This document shows, in pieces, positions 27,975 through 42,577 of a stretch of 64,000 nt of DNA. Where the stretch lies: the NCBI GenBank assembly GCA_964016885.1, contig OZ024741.1, positions 153,140,001 through 153,204,000 of the forward strand, in the 5' to 3' direction. The translations under genes were made by a program, and so were the position numbers. Position 1 is the stretch's first letter; each line of letters begins with the position of its first letter. This stretch comes from Eledone cirrhosa. Lineage: Eukaryota. The notes below the pieces were generated by a model. The model saw only the letters and a list, made by a program, of their open reading frames with translations, did no database searches and had not been told where the DNA came from.

Positions 27975-28398
27975 GCTCATAAGAGTCAACGGCCATCCAA
28001 AAGTGTTTAAATATGTATATACACATGTACATATGTATGTATATGCGCGGGGACATAGAAATAGTCGGGCTGGACACCCGATCACGCGGTTAAACCACTG
28101 GGAGTGAAGGACCCCTAGCATTTGTCAGGGCATTCTTCTAGGAGCAGGCAACTCAGGAAACTGGGATAACTCCGATATAAAACCTGCGGCCCAGTAGTTA
28201 CCGATGATGTTGATATTTTCTTCTTTTCGAGTTATAGCTACTGTCGCTCAGACAGTGGGATTGGCTCAGTGCACAGTTTTTCCTCACTTTAAAAAATACC
28301 TTCACGCACAGGCATTGCACGATAGAATTAATTAATAATTATTAATAATGGTATATCGTGCAATGGCCATACTCGATAACGAGGGGGCAGCCATCATA
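27975..28398 (+). mobile_element. Second copy of the RTE-derived non-autonomous element
   Basis: Shares AAGAGTCAACGGCCATCCAAAA, CTAGGAG, GATGTTGA and TGGCCATACTCG..ACGAG..GGCAGCCA with 20603-21156. Confidence 0.6.
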
Positions 28399-28689
28399 TA
28401 TTTATGTATATATATATGTGTGTGTATATATTTGTTTATATGTGTGTGTGTGTGTGTGTGTATATATGTGTATGTGTATTTGTAAAGTTTTACAAATGAT
28501 TGCCTCAATGTCCATATTTGTGTTATAGATTCAACTCCAGCATCAATCTGCCCATTAGACTTGTTAATTAAGCAAACACTTATATATATTAAATAACCAA
28601 ACACTGTGTACATTTCTGAGGCATCTGCCAATTGTTAAACAACAGTAACATAAACAGGCACAGTTAAACAAAGTTGGTGATGTGATAGA

Positions 28690-29290
28690 CTGAAAATCGT
28701 CGGGTGTTGATTGTCTAGGGTACGGTTATAGGATATGAAGACCAAACTCTCACTTTACTGACAGCTCTTTTGTACATGACTCACAGGTTGACATGAGCCA
28801 TTCTTCTACACATCGTTTCCTTAGGGACCACCAAATGACAATTTTTTTTTTTGTTCAGTGTTAATTTTTCAAAAGCCTTCTCCAGATCAACAAAAGTTAG
28901 ATATAGAGACTTATTCTTAGCCAGAAAATTCTCTTGTAGTTATCCCATTAAAAAGAGAGCATCTATGGTACTCCTCCTTGGCACTAAACCAAATTACATA
29001 TCATCTATTTTGACGTTTTCTCTAATTATAACTTGGTCCATCAGTTTTATACCCCTGTAGTTGCTCGTTTCTAGCACATCACTTTTTTCCTTTGTAACAA
29101 TACGTATATTACTATGCCAGTTATTGAGTATGGCACTACCCCCCCCCCCCCCCCAATCATGCATTATCTGATTAAATTATATGGGGTGGTGTTTAGTTCC
29201 TATTTTCCCAGATTTCAGTATTTCTGACAGACCTAGCTTTACTATTTCTCATCTTCTTAATTTGCTTCTTTGACCCTTATATATATATAG
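28690..29290 (-). mobile_element. Decayed RTE-clade LINE RT fragment
   Basis: Minus strand SNYRGIKLMDQ...GLVPRRSTIDALFL...KNKSLYLTFVDLEKAF. Confidence 0.8.
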
Positions 29291-29779
29291 GCCTATTGTG
29301 TTTGATGAAAATGTCCCAACAATCTCCTTAAATGTTGAAATATGTGAACGTACTTACTCACTCAATGTCAGAATTATATCTGTTCAAATATTTATCCCAG
29401 GGCAATCCTTCCAGTTGGTGTGTCACTGTATATTGTTTTAGCAGCAACAACATGCCATAGAAGTGGGGGTGGAAGAAGGTCACCCCTTAATGACATTTAG
29501 TGGAGTAGGGCTGGTGATCATGTGTGCTAATATATTCCACAGATATGGGATGTAATAGTAAGCTTAAAGCTGTCACTATTTTTCTGTGTTTATGTATGTA
29601 TGTATGTGTGTGTATGAATGTGTGTATATATGTGTCAGTATGTATGTGTGTGTGTGTGTGTATTACCTGTGATGGACAGGCATCTTATCCGTGGTGAGGT
29701 TTATCTCTTATCCATTTAATGGGGATTGGACCCTTACTAAATCTAAAAGACTTGTATAACAACAACAACAATAACAACT

Positions 29780-30845
29780 GCAACAAAAATAATGGTCCCT
29801 GCTTTAGGCACAAGACCAGCAATTTGAAGGAGAAATGAAACTTGATTATTTTACTGGTACTTTATTTTATCACCCCACCTAAAAATTACTTCGATGGGAT
29901 TTGGACTCAGAATGTAAAGAATTAAAACAAATACTGCAATGCACTTCTTCCAATTCTCTAACAATTCTGCCAATCCACCATACATTGATGATAATTGTTT
30001 CTACTTTTGGCACAATACGAGCAATTACTCAGTACACTACTGGTACTTTATTTTATCGACCCCGTAAGGATGAAAGGCAAAGTTAACCTCGACGGGATTT
30101 GAACTCAAACCGTAAAGGGACGTAACTATGCTAGAAAGCATGGCGTCCAACCCTCTACTGATACTGCCAATTCACCGGATGTTGGTAATGATAGCAACAT
30201 CAACGATTTGTTTTATTGGCCACAAGGGGCAAAGAGGGGGGGGGTCAATACACAGACAAAAAACAACAACATAGCACAGAGTGGGGTTTACAGGAGACAT
30301 CAATAATAATAATAATGGTTTCTTATATAGGCACAAGGCCAGCAATTTTGGGGTAGGGGAAAGTCGATTAAATCGACCCCAGTGCATTACTGGTCCTTCA
30401 TTTTATCGACCCCGTAAGGATGAAAGGCAAAGTAAACCTCGGCGGGATCTGAACTCAGACCGTAAAGGGGCGTAACTCTATGCATATTGTCCGACAGTCT
30501 ACCGATAGTGCCAATCCACTGCACAAATAATTGTTTCTACTTTTGGCACAAGGCCAGCAATTATCCCAGTGTATTACTGGTACTTTATTTTATCGACCCC
30601 ATAAGGATGAAAGGCAAAGTTAACCTCGGAGCTAGTATAGGCACAAGGCCAGTAATTTTGGGGGGAAGGGAAAGTCGATTAAATCGACCCCAGTATGTTA
30701 CTGGTGCTTTATTTTATCGACCTCGTAAGGATGAAAGGCAAAGTTAACCTCGGGGAGGATTTGAACTCAGACCGTAAAGGGCCGTAACTCTATGCTGCAA
30801 AGCATGGTGTCCGACTCTCTACCGATAATGCCAAGCCACCGCCCT
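29780..30845 (-). mobile_element. Head-to-tail cluster of about five Meta-domain-like SINE copies
   Basis: Repeated GGCACAAGGCCAG...TTTATCGACCCCGTAAGGATGAAAGGCAAAG modules. Confidence 0.85.
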
Positions 30846-31129
30846 TACCGCCTTAATAATAATTATAAGGATTTGAAATGTAGGCTCAAGGTCAGTAATT
30901 TTGGTGGAGTTTCCATATACATACCCAAGACAATGTCACTGGACCGAGACCTTTGGCGGTACTCAGTAACAGAGAAGACCCGCCTTACCTAAATACATAG
31001 TAAAACCTACTACAGACAGTAGGCATCTCTAACAAAATACCCCCCCCCCCCCGTCCCATCACCCCCACCCCATCCACACCGCCCCTTTCAATGTAAAGTT
31101 GTGTTGGTGCCACACCATCCAGGCCGAAA

Positions 31130-31503
31130 CAAATGAGATCGTGTAGGTGTCACGACAAAAAAACACACAGTCCACGCTGTAATGTGGCCGTGTAGGCAAC
31201 ACGGTAAAAACCTCCCAGTCCCACACTGTAAACGTGGTTGGTGTTAGGAAGGGCATCCAGCTGTAGAAAACCTGCCAGACAGTCCACGCTGTAAAGTGGC
31301 CGTGTAGGCAACACGGTAAAAACCTCCCAGCCCCACACTGTAAACGTGGTTGGTGTTAGGAAGGGCATCCAACTGTAGAAAACCCGCCAGACAGTCCTAT
31401 GCGAGCAAGACAACCACTCTTGCTTCAAGTGGGACTACCCCCGTCCAAACCCATGCAAGCGTGGAACACGGACGTTAAACGTTGATGATGATGATGATGA
31501 TGA
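31130..31503 (+). mobile_element. SINE 3' module with 112-bp tandem duplication and (GAT)n tail
   Basis: Units start at 31168 and 31280 (CAGTCCACGCTGTAA...). Confidence 0.75.
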
Positions 31504-31744
31504 TCCACATCAGTTGTGACAGATCTAGTGGGGTGGTGTTGTAGGGTAAATGAGTATGGGTGTTAAGGGTAGACAGGAAGGGTAGCAGTGGTAAGACATA
31601 CATCCACAACAACCACTCCTGTACATCCTCATTAAGGTTTTCTCACAGATTCTGTTTACTTTAACTCTGACTCCTCCTCTGACTCCTCCCCCTCCTCACC
31701 CATATTTCTATGTGTCAACCATTATTGCATCATCAAAACAGCTC

Positions 31745-32545
31745 AATCATCATCACCAACATCACCATCATCAACACAATCACCATCACATCACCACCAC
31801 CATCATTACTACTACTATTACTACTACTACTACTACTACCTTCACCACCACTACTACTACTACTACCTTCACCACCACCTCAACTACTGCCACCACCACC
31901 ACCACTACTGATACCACCATATCAACTACTGCCACCACCACCACTACTACTACTACCACTACTAATACCCCCTCCACCATCACAACACCAATACCACAAC
32001 CATCATCATCATCCCACTAACACCACCATTACTACTACTACTGTTACCACCACCATTACTACTACTACTGCTACCACCACCACACCACCACTATTACCAC
32101 CACCACCATTACTTCTACTACTGCCACCACCACTACTGCCACCAACGCTACTACTGCCACCAACGCTATTACTGATACCACCACATCAACTACTGCCACC
32201 ACCACTACTAATACCCCCTCCACCATCACAACACCAATACCACAACCATCACCATCACACCACTAACATCACTATCACATCACCACCACCATTACTACTA
32301 CTACTACTGCCACCACCACCACCACCGTTACTACCACCACTACTACTACCACCACCACCACTACTAATACCCCTCCACTATCACACCACCAATACCACAA
32401 CCATCACCATCACATCACCACTTGCACCACTACCACCACCACTAATAATAATACCCCCTCCACCACCACTACTACTACTACCACCACCACTATCATACCT
32501 ACTACTACCATACTACTACCATCACAATCACTACCACCATCATTA
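31745..32545. repeat. (ACC/ACT)n low-complexity triplet tract
   Basis: Direct reading. Confidence 0.9.
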
Positions 32546-32872
32546 CAAAGAACACTTCCTCTTACACATATGTGTGTTCCTTTAACACAACACATTTGAC
32601 ATTCACAAACATTACACAAACATGTATTATTATCCTGCTGTACTCAATGACCCCTACACTATTCTACAACACTGGATGACCCCTATACAATCTTAGTATA
32701 CTGAATAACCTCCAGTGACCCACCTTTAAGCTTTCCCCAATATGAACTAACCTTTCGGAATATTTTAACAATGAGACTGACTGGTGATCAATATTGAGAT
32801 ATTTCTAAAAAAAAATGATGGGATAACTATTTTGTAATATTTTCAATATTAGGTGTTAACAAATTTTCTCTG

Positions 32873-33085
32873 GCGGTGGATTGGCAGAATCGGTAAAGGG
32901 TCGGACGCCATGCTTTGCAGCATAGAGTTACGGTCCTTTACGGTCTGAGTTCAAATCCTGCCGAGATTAGCTTTGCCTTTCATCCTTACGGAGTCGATAA
33001 AATAAAGTACCAGTGGGGTCAATTTAATCGACTATCCTTTTCCCCAAAAAAATTGTTGACCTTGTACCTCTAAATCAGAAACCAC
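32873..33085 (+). mobile_element. Near full-length Meta-domain-like SINE
   Basis: GGCGGTGGATTGGCAGAATCGG A-box, GAGTTCAAATCC B-box, GCCTTTCATCCTTACGGAGTCGATAAAATAAAGTACC. Confidence 0.85.
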
Positions 33086-35033
33086 TATTTCTCTGGGTGG
33101 TAGAGCAACAGGTAAAATATTTTTCAGCATTTAGTTACAACATTTACGCTCTGAGCCCAACTCTCACTGAGATCAACTTTAACTTTCCCCTTCCCCAAAT
33201 TGGTGACCTTGTGCCTAAATTAGAAAACATTCAAATTAAAAAATATTCTCTGGTTGAGCAACAAGGGGCGATAATTCAAAATGTTTCTGTATTTTGTCAG
33301 CAGTGGGAATCTACATTTCATTGCTTATTGACCTTGTAATAACCAAATTATTGTTCCTATTTATCTTCCATCTACTTCACCCCCATAAGCTCAGCCTTTT
33401 ATAAACCAGTCAGCTTCAAGTAGCAGAGACCACAGGATTAGCAGTAGGGAGAGTGAAACAATGTCTGTAGGCCAGAGGATGGAATATGTAGGTGTATTGT
33501 TTGTATGGCTGGACCCGTGTGGGTGCTGTAGGGACATATGGCATTTCTTGGGAATTTTTAAAACCTGGTGGAGCCCATCACTCTCCATGTCTGAACACAG
33601 CCAATTTCTTCCAAACTGGAGAAAGTGATAGAGAGGAATTGAGAAAGAGATATAGAAGAATTGACTCCAGTACTGGACTAGTTCATTATTTATCAATTTC
33701 AAAAGGATGAATGGCAAAGTTGACTTTGGTGTTGATTTGTACTCAGAACACAGAGAACCAGAACGAATATGGCAACGCAAACCATCTTTTTAACGGCTCT
33801 GCCAACACCACCTTGTCTATGAGTGACTCTATGCCAATTATCCGAGTGTGTCTGTGACTTACTTCTTAGCTTGGCAGCTGTACACAATTCTGCATGAGTG
33901 GGTGTATAAAATTAGTAAAGAGGGGTGGGGTGGGGGGGTTAAGGAAATTACTCAGAGGCGCTATCTGCATGCAAGAGCAGTTAGCATAATATAGTATAGT
34001 ATATTGAAAAGCCAATTAGAAATAATTAGTTATGCAGTATGGAGGAAAAGTCAACATTCATTATGTGATGACTTAGATAAAAAAAGAAGTGCATAATTTA
34101 TTATATTTAAGTTGGACGGCGCACATTTAGTGCCACCTGACAGGATGGGTGGGGCAGGGCAGAGGAAAACAGGCAGAAAAGCAACTCTTATGTTAATTAC
34201 AACTACTACTATTACTACAATAACAACAACCACAACTACTGCAGCCACAACAATAGTAACAAAAAATCAACAATAACGACTACAACAGCAACAACTACAT
34301 CATCCTCAATCATCATCAATAACTACAGTAAGGACAGCAACTACTACAACAGCAACAACCAGGAAATGCAATAATCATGTATGACACAATCTGTAGCTGA
34401 GATGATCATTAAGGACAGTCAGGTACAATTGTGATAGTGGTGGTAGTGGGATGGAGGTGATGGTAGTGCTAGTGGTGGTGAAGTGTGTAGTGGTGTGGGT
34501 ATTATTGATGGTAGTGGTGATGGTGGTTAGTGTGTAATGGTAGTGGTGTGTGTGTGTGGTAGTAGTGTTTGTGGTGATATTATTGATGTAGTAATGGTAT
34601 ATGCTATGTAGAATGATAGAAAATTGTCAGTTGAAATGAAATTTTTGGCCGGCAATAAAAATTGTAATAAAGAAATAAAAAGGCATAGAATGGTGACTCA
34701 TTTTGAGGTGGTGTTGGTAGTGTGATGGGGATTGTGTAGTGAGGGTGATGTAGTTGTGATGATGGTGGGTGGGGGGTGATGGTGGTGGTGGTCAAACTTA
34801 CTACTACTACTACCACCACCACCACTCTATGATTCTGCCAATTGCATGTTGTAGTTGTTTAGCCCAGGTCAGCTGTGATCCACCAGACCTGTGATCAAAG
34901 TTGTTCTAGCCATGACCATCTTGTTTCTGTAAAGTGGTGTTAGGAAGGGCATGGAAGTGGTTGTGGTGTAAAGATGGTGAGGGTTATTTCCAATGGATAA
35001 CTTCCAGAAATCTCTGGTCTGGCAGTGCTAATG

Positions 35034-35233
35034 NNNNNNNNNNNNNNNNNNNNNNNNNNNNNNNNNNNNNNNNNNNNNNNNNNNNNNNNNNNNNNNNNNN
35101 NNNNNNNNNNNNNNNNNNNNNNNNNNNNNNNNNNNNNNNNNNNNNNNNNNNNNNNNNNNNNNNNNNNNNNNNNNNNNNNNNNNNNNNNNNNNNNNNNNNN
35201 NNNNNNNNNNNNNNNNNNNNNNNNNNNNNNNNN
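35034..35233. other. Assembly gap (200 N)
   Basis: Run of N. Confidence 1.
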
Positions 35234-36154
35234 ATATTGTTTTTTGGGTAGCATATGTTGAAATACCTTCTAAATACTCAAAATCCTATATCATCCACCA
35301 AAGTTTCCAATCACCCACCAATTTCTGTTCAGTTGCTCATGACCTGCCCATCAGTTGAAATCACCTACTGGTGGGCGATATCGCCCACATTGGGAAACCC
35401 TGATCTAACAGCTGTTCAAAAGTAATTGGTACCATTAGATCAATGTGTGTTATCTGTGATAGATTTATATCTATCGAGAGGTAATGTTTAGGTCTCTCCT
35501 CTGAGACAGGACATATATTCTACATGATCACAGCCCAGTAAAATATTCTATCACAGCTACCTTATACGATAAAACAAGAGTTAACCCCCTACGCTCACAC
35601 ACACATTCACATATGCACACACACAGAAACACACTCCAGTGGCGCTAAACACATTAAAAGCTTCCTCATGCAGTTAAACTAGTATTGTGTCAATACATCT
35701 CTTCTATCATTTTGATAATGTTAACACTAAGACTTTCTCTTCCTCCTCCACCTGTGTAAGAGTATAATCTATTATATAGTCTACTCCCAAAACACCTGTA
35801 TGTAGTGACTGTATGTCTATAATATATATATAATATAACAATGAAGCAAACAAGCTAACCTAGATTAGATAACCTGTCTTTTTTCATATTTCAGTCAGTT
35901 TTTCAACCTCCTCCTCTTCCCCAGGTGAGACCCACTGCTTCCTTTCTCCCCCGTGTCACCTCCACTACATTGTTTTGTTGTTAGGCAAAAATATTTCCAT
36001 ACTGTTCAGAGGGTGGGGTTGCAGTGGAATAGGCAAATAATTCAATCAAATTTCTTTACCTTAAAATTCTTTTTTAGAGTTTTGTTTGAAAAAGAAATAC
36101 ACAAGTCGATACACTTCGAAAATTTATGAAAATGTATCTATATAGAGTATTTGT

Positions 36155-36610
36155 GGTAATAGGTCCAGGCCAGATGTAAAATGTAGGGCTGCCCACCATA
36201 ACCACAACCTACTGGTAATAAGCCCAAGCCAGATGGTAATACACCTAGACCAGATGTAGAGTGCAGCCCCACTTCAACCACCTACTGGTAATAAGCCCAA
36301 GCCAGATGTAAAATGTAGCCCTCCCCACCACCACCACCACCAGCTTGTAATACACCCAGACCAGAGGTAGAGTGCAGCCCCACCACAACCACCAGGCTGT
36401 AATAGGCCCAGGCGAAATGTAAAATGTGATTCCCCCCCCACACACACACACACATGCACTTGCTGTTAATAATCCTTGGCCAGATGTAAAATGTAGGCCC
36501 GCCAACAACCACCACTAGTTAGCAATAACCCCAGCGTAGATGTAAAATGTAGGCCCGCCAATATCCATCACTAGCTGGTAATAATCCCAGGCCAGATGTA
36601 GAATGTAACA
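36155..36610. repeat. Degenerate ~55-60-bp minisatellite
   Basis: Recurrent CCAGGCCAGATGTAAAATGTAG...CCACC...CTGGTAATAA. Confidence 0.75.
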
Positions 36611-38493
36611 CCACAACACACTTACATATGAATATATATATATATTATATCATATATTATATTATTTATTAATGTTCATACACTGAACAAAAGCACGACC
36701 TACTGTAGCAAGGCCTAATATTGACTTTATCTCCAGATTGCAAGAGGGATCAAAATTGTGATCTAATCTTGAGGCATATAACACCTTTTTCCTTTTTCAC
36801 ACCTACGGATATTTTCTACATATACATCCTGTTATTTCATGTGTTAAACTAATATATTTCTTCATTGTACTGTGTCATTTGCTTTGTTATTTCTGTTTAC
36901 TTTTTACACACACACATATATATATATAGATATATACATGCAATGTACCTGATGTACTTACAAGTAACAGAACAAGATAATATAACTAGAATTTGAGACA
37001 TGTACACCCCCACAAAATCATAGGGCCATGCCCTCCACCCACTAGTCTAGCCTGACTATAAGCATGTATAAATGATGCTACAGATCTATGTCACTGATGT
37101 TCCAGATGCTACAGTTTTCATTGTTATTTAACCCTATGTTTTAGCTACAGATTTATAGATGAAAGATATTCCAGATGTTACAGTATATGTTGTTGTTTAA
37201 CTCCAAATCAAAAACAGATCTACAAGACATCAATGTTCCTGTTGTTCCAGATGCTATAGTGTTTATTGTTGTTTAGCCCTGGGTTTAGCTCTGGATCAAC
37301 CATATTTATAGATCAAAGATGTTCCAGATTTTACAATGGTTGTAAATTGTTGGCTCAGTACAGTTGTTGCCAAACTTGTTTTGGGAGAAGATAGGCTTCC
37401 TCAGAACCCACTTTGAGAAAGCTAACCTAGTGGTGTTCAAATAATTGACTGGTCACTCCCTTGTACCTAACCTGCCAATCATTGTTATTATTTGGAGGGA
37501 CCAAGGATAGCCTCAGTACATAACTGGTACTACACATTATATTTACGCCATTACTAATGCTAAATATATTTACACTATAATAAGGTGGTCTTGACTTTGT
37601 ACTTTTAATCCTGGATTGAAGGGGTGTGAGAACAGTAGATATATTACCTCTTCCTCCTCCTCTTCCTATCTTTGTGTCTATCAACTGAAAAATCCACTAA
37701 AATAATCTCCAGCTGGAGTGGGAGGGGTCTCTCTGTCTCTCTCTCACACACATATCCTCCCACTCTCTCTCTATCTCTTCCTCTCTCTTTCGTCCTATCT
37801 CTGTCACTCTCACACACGTACACATCCTTTCCCTCTCTCTCACGTACACATCCTTTCTCTCTCTCTCACATACACATCCTTTCTCTCTCTCTCTCTCTCT
37901 CACACATATCCTCTGTCTCTCTAGATAATGGTTTAAAAAAAATAAATCTGTTTGTTGGATTATATTTATCTTTTCTTTCACCACTCTTTAATTACTAACG
38001 TTTAATTACCAATGTTTAATTACTAACGTTTAATTACCAATATTTAATTACCTTTCACTTTCTCTTTCTTTCTACCCACTTTTCTTTTTCTTTCTTTCAT
38101 GTGTACTTAAACACATCTACTAACACACACACACACACACACATTCAATCACACACATTCAATCACACACCCACTTACAAATTCCTCCATACAATCACAT
38201 TCACACAATCACAATCAATTAATCAAACTTTCATACCCTCATATACTCTCACAATCACACACCTACTTGTATTTCTCAGACATATACACATATCTGTACT
38301 TCATTTCTACTCTCCCACATACACTCGTAAACACACGCACCTCACACAGACATACTCACTCACACGTAGATATGACGCACACATACACACACACATACCT
38401 GTACTATATCTCACCCTGTCCTTCCCTGGTACTCTTCCGTCTCCCCCAATTTCCACCATATCCCTCACCTCTATATTATAAAATACAACACTA

Positions 38494-38722
38494 GGGCGGT
38501 GGGTTGGCAGTATCGGTAGAGGGTCGGACGCCATGCTTTGCAGCATAGATTTACGACTCTTTATGATCTGAGCTCAAATCCCATCGCGGTTAACTTTGCC
38601 TTTCATCCTTACGGGGTTGATAAAATAAAGTACCAGTCACGCACCGGGGTCGATTTAATCGAATTCCCCCCCCCCCCCCCAAAAAAAAAAATTACTAGCC
38701 TTGTGCCTATATAAGAAACAAT
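38494..38722 (+). mobile_element. Meta-domain-like SINE with apparent target-site duplication
   Basis: Family motifs; ATTATAAAATACAACACT occurs both immediately before (~38475-38492) and after (~38721-38738). Confidence 0.85.
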
Positions 38723-39577
38723 TATAAAATACAACACTGCATGTAAAATGAATAACTAAATAGGACAGCAACTTATCAAGTAGTAGGTACTGGGTTTAAA
38801 TCACATTTCATATTTCAAGGAATATGTCCAGAGATATCTTAGCGACTCATGTTTTCAATTTTTGTTTTAATTTTAAATCACAATTTCTGAACAATAACAT
38901 CATTGGTTACATGTTTCCAATTCGACAAGTACTCTCAGGTCTTGAATACAGCGCCCCCTTTCCCTGCTTATTAAATTTTGTTAATCTATCTCCAGCGAAA
39001 TGTTATTATAAGTGATACAGCAGCTAGAGAATCTAATAATAAATTTATTTTACAATTTATTTTACATTAGAAAAACATTATATATGACAAAAAAGAACAT
39101 TAGACGAGTTGTCCCGTTGTGAGAGAAGCCATGTCAGATGACCATGTCTTGCTCATACAGAACTGATTTTGGCTTGGTTTCTATGGCTGGATGCCCTTCC
39201 TACACCAACCACATTTACAATGTGTCCTGGGTGCTTTTTGTTGTGACACCTACACGACCACATTATACTGTGGGATGGGCACTTTTTGTCATGTCAATAA
39301 TTTTTATATCTACTTTTCCATTGCAATACTTATCCATTTTAGAATAGGTACCATATACCTGCCTGCAATAAGAAGTAATTAGAAATGCTGACACCAGGAT
39401 AGGCAATTGGCTGTAAAACATTGTCTCAAAAACGACTCCATGATGAGTATGATATCCATCACGGGTTCCACAGACATGTTGATAGATAAGAGACTAAGAG
39501 AAGCAAACTGCCAGAGAGACATTCTGGAAAGATCAACTTAAAACACTGGTTCTTATTGTTCCTGTGGTTGCTGTGGT

Positions 39578-39770
39578 ACAGTGTCACCCCCAACACAGTG
39601 TCACCTCCAGCACTGTGTCACCTCCAACACAATGTCACCTCCAACATAGTTTCACCCCAACACAGTGTCACCGCCAACACAATGTCCCACCAACACAATG
39701 TCCCCTCATTCGTTATGATGCAGTGTCACCCCCTTCATGCCTTTAATGGATTATCTCCAACACAGTGCCT
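39578..39770. repeat. 17-bp minisatellite (CAGTGTCACCTCCAACA)
   Basis: Direct reading. Confidence 0.8.
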
Positions 39771-39849
39771 CACCCTATATAGTTGCCCCCCCCCCCCCCA
39801 CCTCCCCCTTTGTTTGGTTTTGTTATCCTGACATCAGTTTTCACCACTT

Positions 39850-40240
39850 TCATTACTGTCTTCCCTTGTCTTTCTCTTCCACAGTTTCCTTCCACTCAAA
39901 TCTCTTAATACAGTTTACCTTTCATCCTCCATACACATTACATGTCTGCTCCAGATCAGCCTTCTCTCTTGCACGCTACATCTGATTCCTCTTAATATCC
40001 AGTTTATCTATGCTGTGTTCTTCCTGTATACTAAACATTACATCTCCAATGGTGCTGTGCTTCCTTGCTTGCTTCATTTAATTCAAACCTTCAAACAAAC
40101 ACCTTCCACATTTAATGTCCATGTCTCACTCCCATGTAACATCACACTATATACACAGACATCATATGATGTTCCTTCAAACATCCTCCACATGTAATAC
40201 CTATGTTTCTCTACCATGGAATATCGCACTTTGTACGCAA
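39850..40240 (-). mobile_element. Old RTE-like LINE 3' fragment
   Basis: Minus strand SVMLHGSETWT motif near 40120-40150. Confidence 0.5.
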
Positions 40241-40344
40241 ATTTCATATAATCTATTCAACACTGTCTGTCTCTGTCTGTCTTTCAGTTTATCTGTTTGT
40301 TTGTATATCTCTCTGTATATCAGTATGTAAGTCTGTCTGTCTTT

Positions 40345-40550
40345 ATGTATGTCTGTCTCTCTGTATGTCAGCCTGTCTCTCTGTATGTCAGCCTGTCTCT
40401 CTGTCTCTCTGTATGTCAGCCTGTCTGTCTGTCTCTCTGTATGTCAGCCTGTCTGTCTGTCTCTCTGTGTGTCAGCCTGTCTGTCTGTCTCTCTGTATGT
40501 CAGCCTGTCTGTCTGTCTCTCTGTATGTCAGCCTGTCTGTCTGTATGTCT
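40345..40550. repeat. ~28-bp minisatellite (CTGTATGTCAGCCTGTCTGTCTGTCTCT)
   Basis: Direct reading. Confidence 0.85.
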
Positions 40551-42577
40551 GTAACATTTTTCAAGGGGTGTGGGATACTTTTTAGCTAACTTAGCATAAG
40601 TTGTGTGTGGGTGTGTGTATGAATATTCACACATACACCCACATTGCATACATATGCACAAACTGTATAGATAGTGTGTGTGTGTATATATATATAACTC
40701 AACATTCATGTATAAGTATATATAAATATGTGTGTAAATATATATATGTATGTATATATGCATGAATATATGTGTATGTATGTGTATCTTTATGTGTGTG
40801 CATGTATATATATATATATATGTTTATATATGTATGTATGTATCTATATATGTATATATGTATATGTTCATATGTGTGTGTGTGTGTGTGTATAACTGTA
40901 TGTATAGACATGTTCAAATCTGTATGTTATTAGAATGAGTCAGAGGAACTAAGTTATACCCTACCCCTTCCCCCTCCCTTCCCCTACACACCCTCACACT
41001 TACATATTCCCCCCTCTTCCCCTACCTGCACACCCTTATACTTACATATCTGCCCCCTCCCCATATATGTAATACAACTCCCAACACCCTTTGTCCCCCT
41101 CCTAAATTTAGTTCCAACAACACACATTCACATATATACACATACATAAATGTAGATGCACATACACGTGTACACACTATTTTTCACCCACACACAAGCA
41201 AATATGCACACACAAATGTTTACAAACATACACAGATGCACATATACACGTGTACACACATAAATATTCACACATGCGTATATGTGATGTATACACATGC
41301 ACACATGCATGTGCACACACACACTCAATCATATAAGTGTATGTACACGTGTACACACATAAATATATATACACACTCATGCACGCTCACACGCTCACTC
41401 GCACACACATGTTCGCTCACACACACACAGCTATGCAACCGGGTAAAAAGTTAGGGGTAGATGTGTTGAGTGAAGTGAAAAGAAATAAAATGTTGTTTGG
41501 CCCCTAGGTGGCAATTATTGAGTACACCATTCCAACTATGCCCATCCTGACTGTTTCTATGTGCTTGGAATCCAGGACTACATTATATAACATGTTCTTT
41601 TTTTTGTGTGATTGTGGGTTGTCATTTGAGGGTGACGTGGCTGTTATGTCTAGCTGTTTATGTGACCATGTAGAGGCTCCCACGTTGGTTGTAAAAGAAA
41701 TGGTAGGAGGCTGGAGGAGGAGGAAGAAAATGCATGTGTCACTGAGTGACTCGTACTACTACTACATTACTGAATACTTGGTTTTTGGATTATGAAACAT
41801 ACTGTACCTCTTGCCACATTGCTAAGAGTAACATCTGTCAATACCTTCAAAAACAGCCATATCTATATCATGATGCCCCCCCCCCCCACACACACACACC
41901 ACCACCACTACCACCACCATGCCTACCCTACCCCTATAACAGTCCTTACACCCATCCCTGTTAGCCTACATACCACCCTACCAGCCTCATATTTGCACAC
42001 ATACACACATATAAAGACAGCACTTTCAATGATGTCCTCATGCTACTTCTGTTGTGTTTGTTTAATCCCAGGTCAACCCCAATCATGCACAGGCCAGCAC
42101 TATATTGTCCAATGTGTCCTTTTTCTAAGACAATAGGAATGTTTGTAATTTGAGGGAGATTTGGCTCCTATTTCTAGCTAGTAAGTGAAACCATCGTGTT
42201 GAGTTTTCCCTTATTAACTCATTTCCCTCATGTGTAAACACTTTCATAACCCACTCCTTTCAACCAAAATTTAAACATGAGGAAGCTATTTGCCATTGGG
42301 ACTCCTCAGTTGGGTCCATCATCAACCAGAGAGATGGCAAAGGAGGTAGAGGCGCATTACTTTGGGGTTTTTTGAAGGTGGGCGGTGAATGCTTTTTATT
42401 TAGCGGGTAAGGTAAGTCTGGAGAAAGAGCAGAGCTCATAACCATCACATAGCCCTCTGAGACTGGACAGATCAATGTTCAGCTTAAACTGTTTCAAGTC
42501 CAGATATCGAGATTCAGAAGTCTGATGTTCTGAGCGAGGAAGATTGGACATATTGTTTAATGTATTATAGCCTACAC

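Noticed and set aside
31710-32585. Pro/Leu/Thr-rich 291-aa ORF
   Set aside because: ACC/ACT triplet tract with no splice or domain support
42260-42540. Possible coding exon in complex sequence
   Set aside because: No recognisable domain, short frames and no consistent splice-site pair
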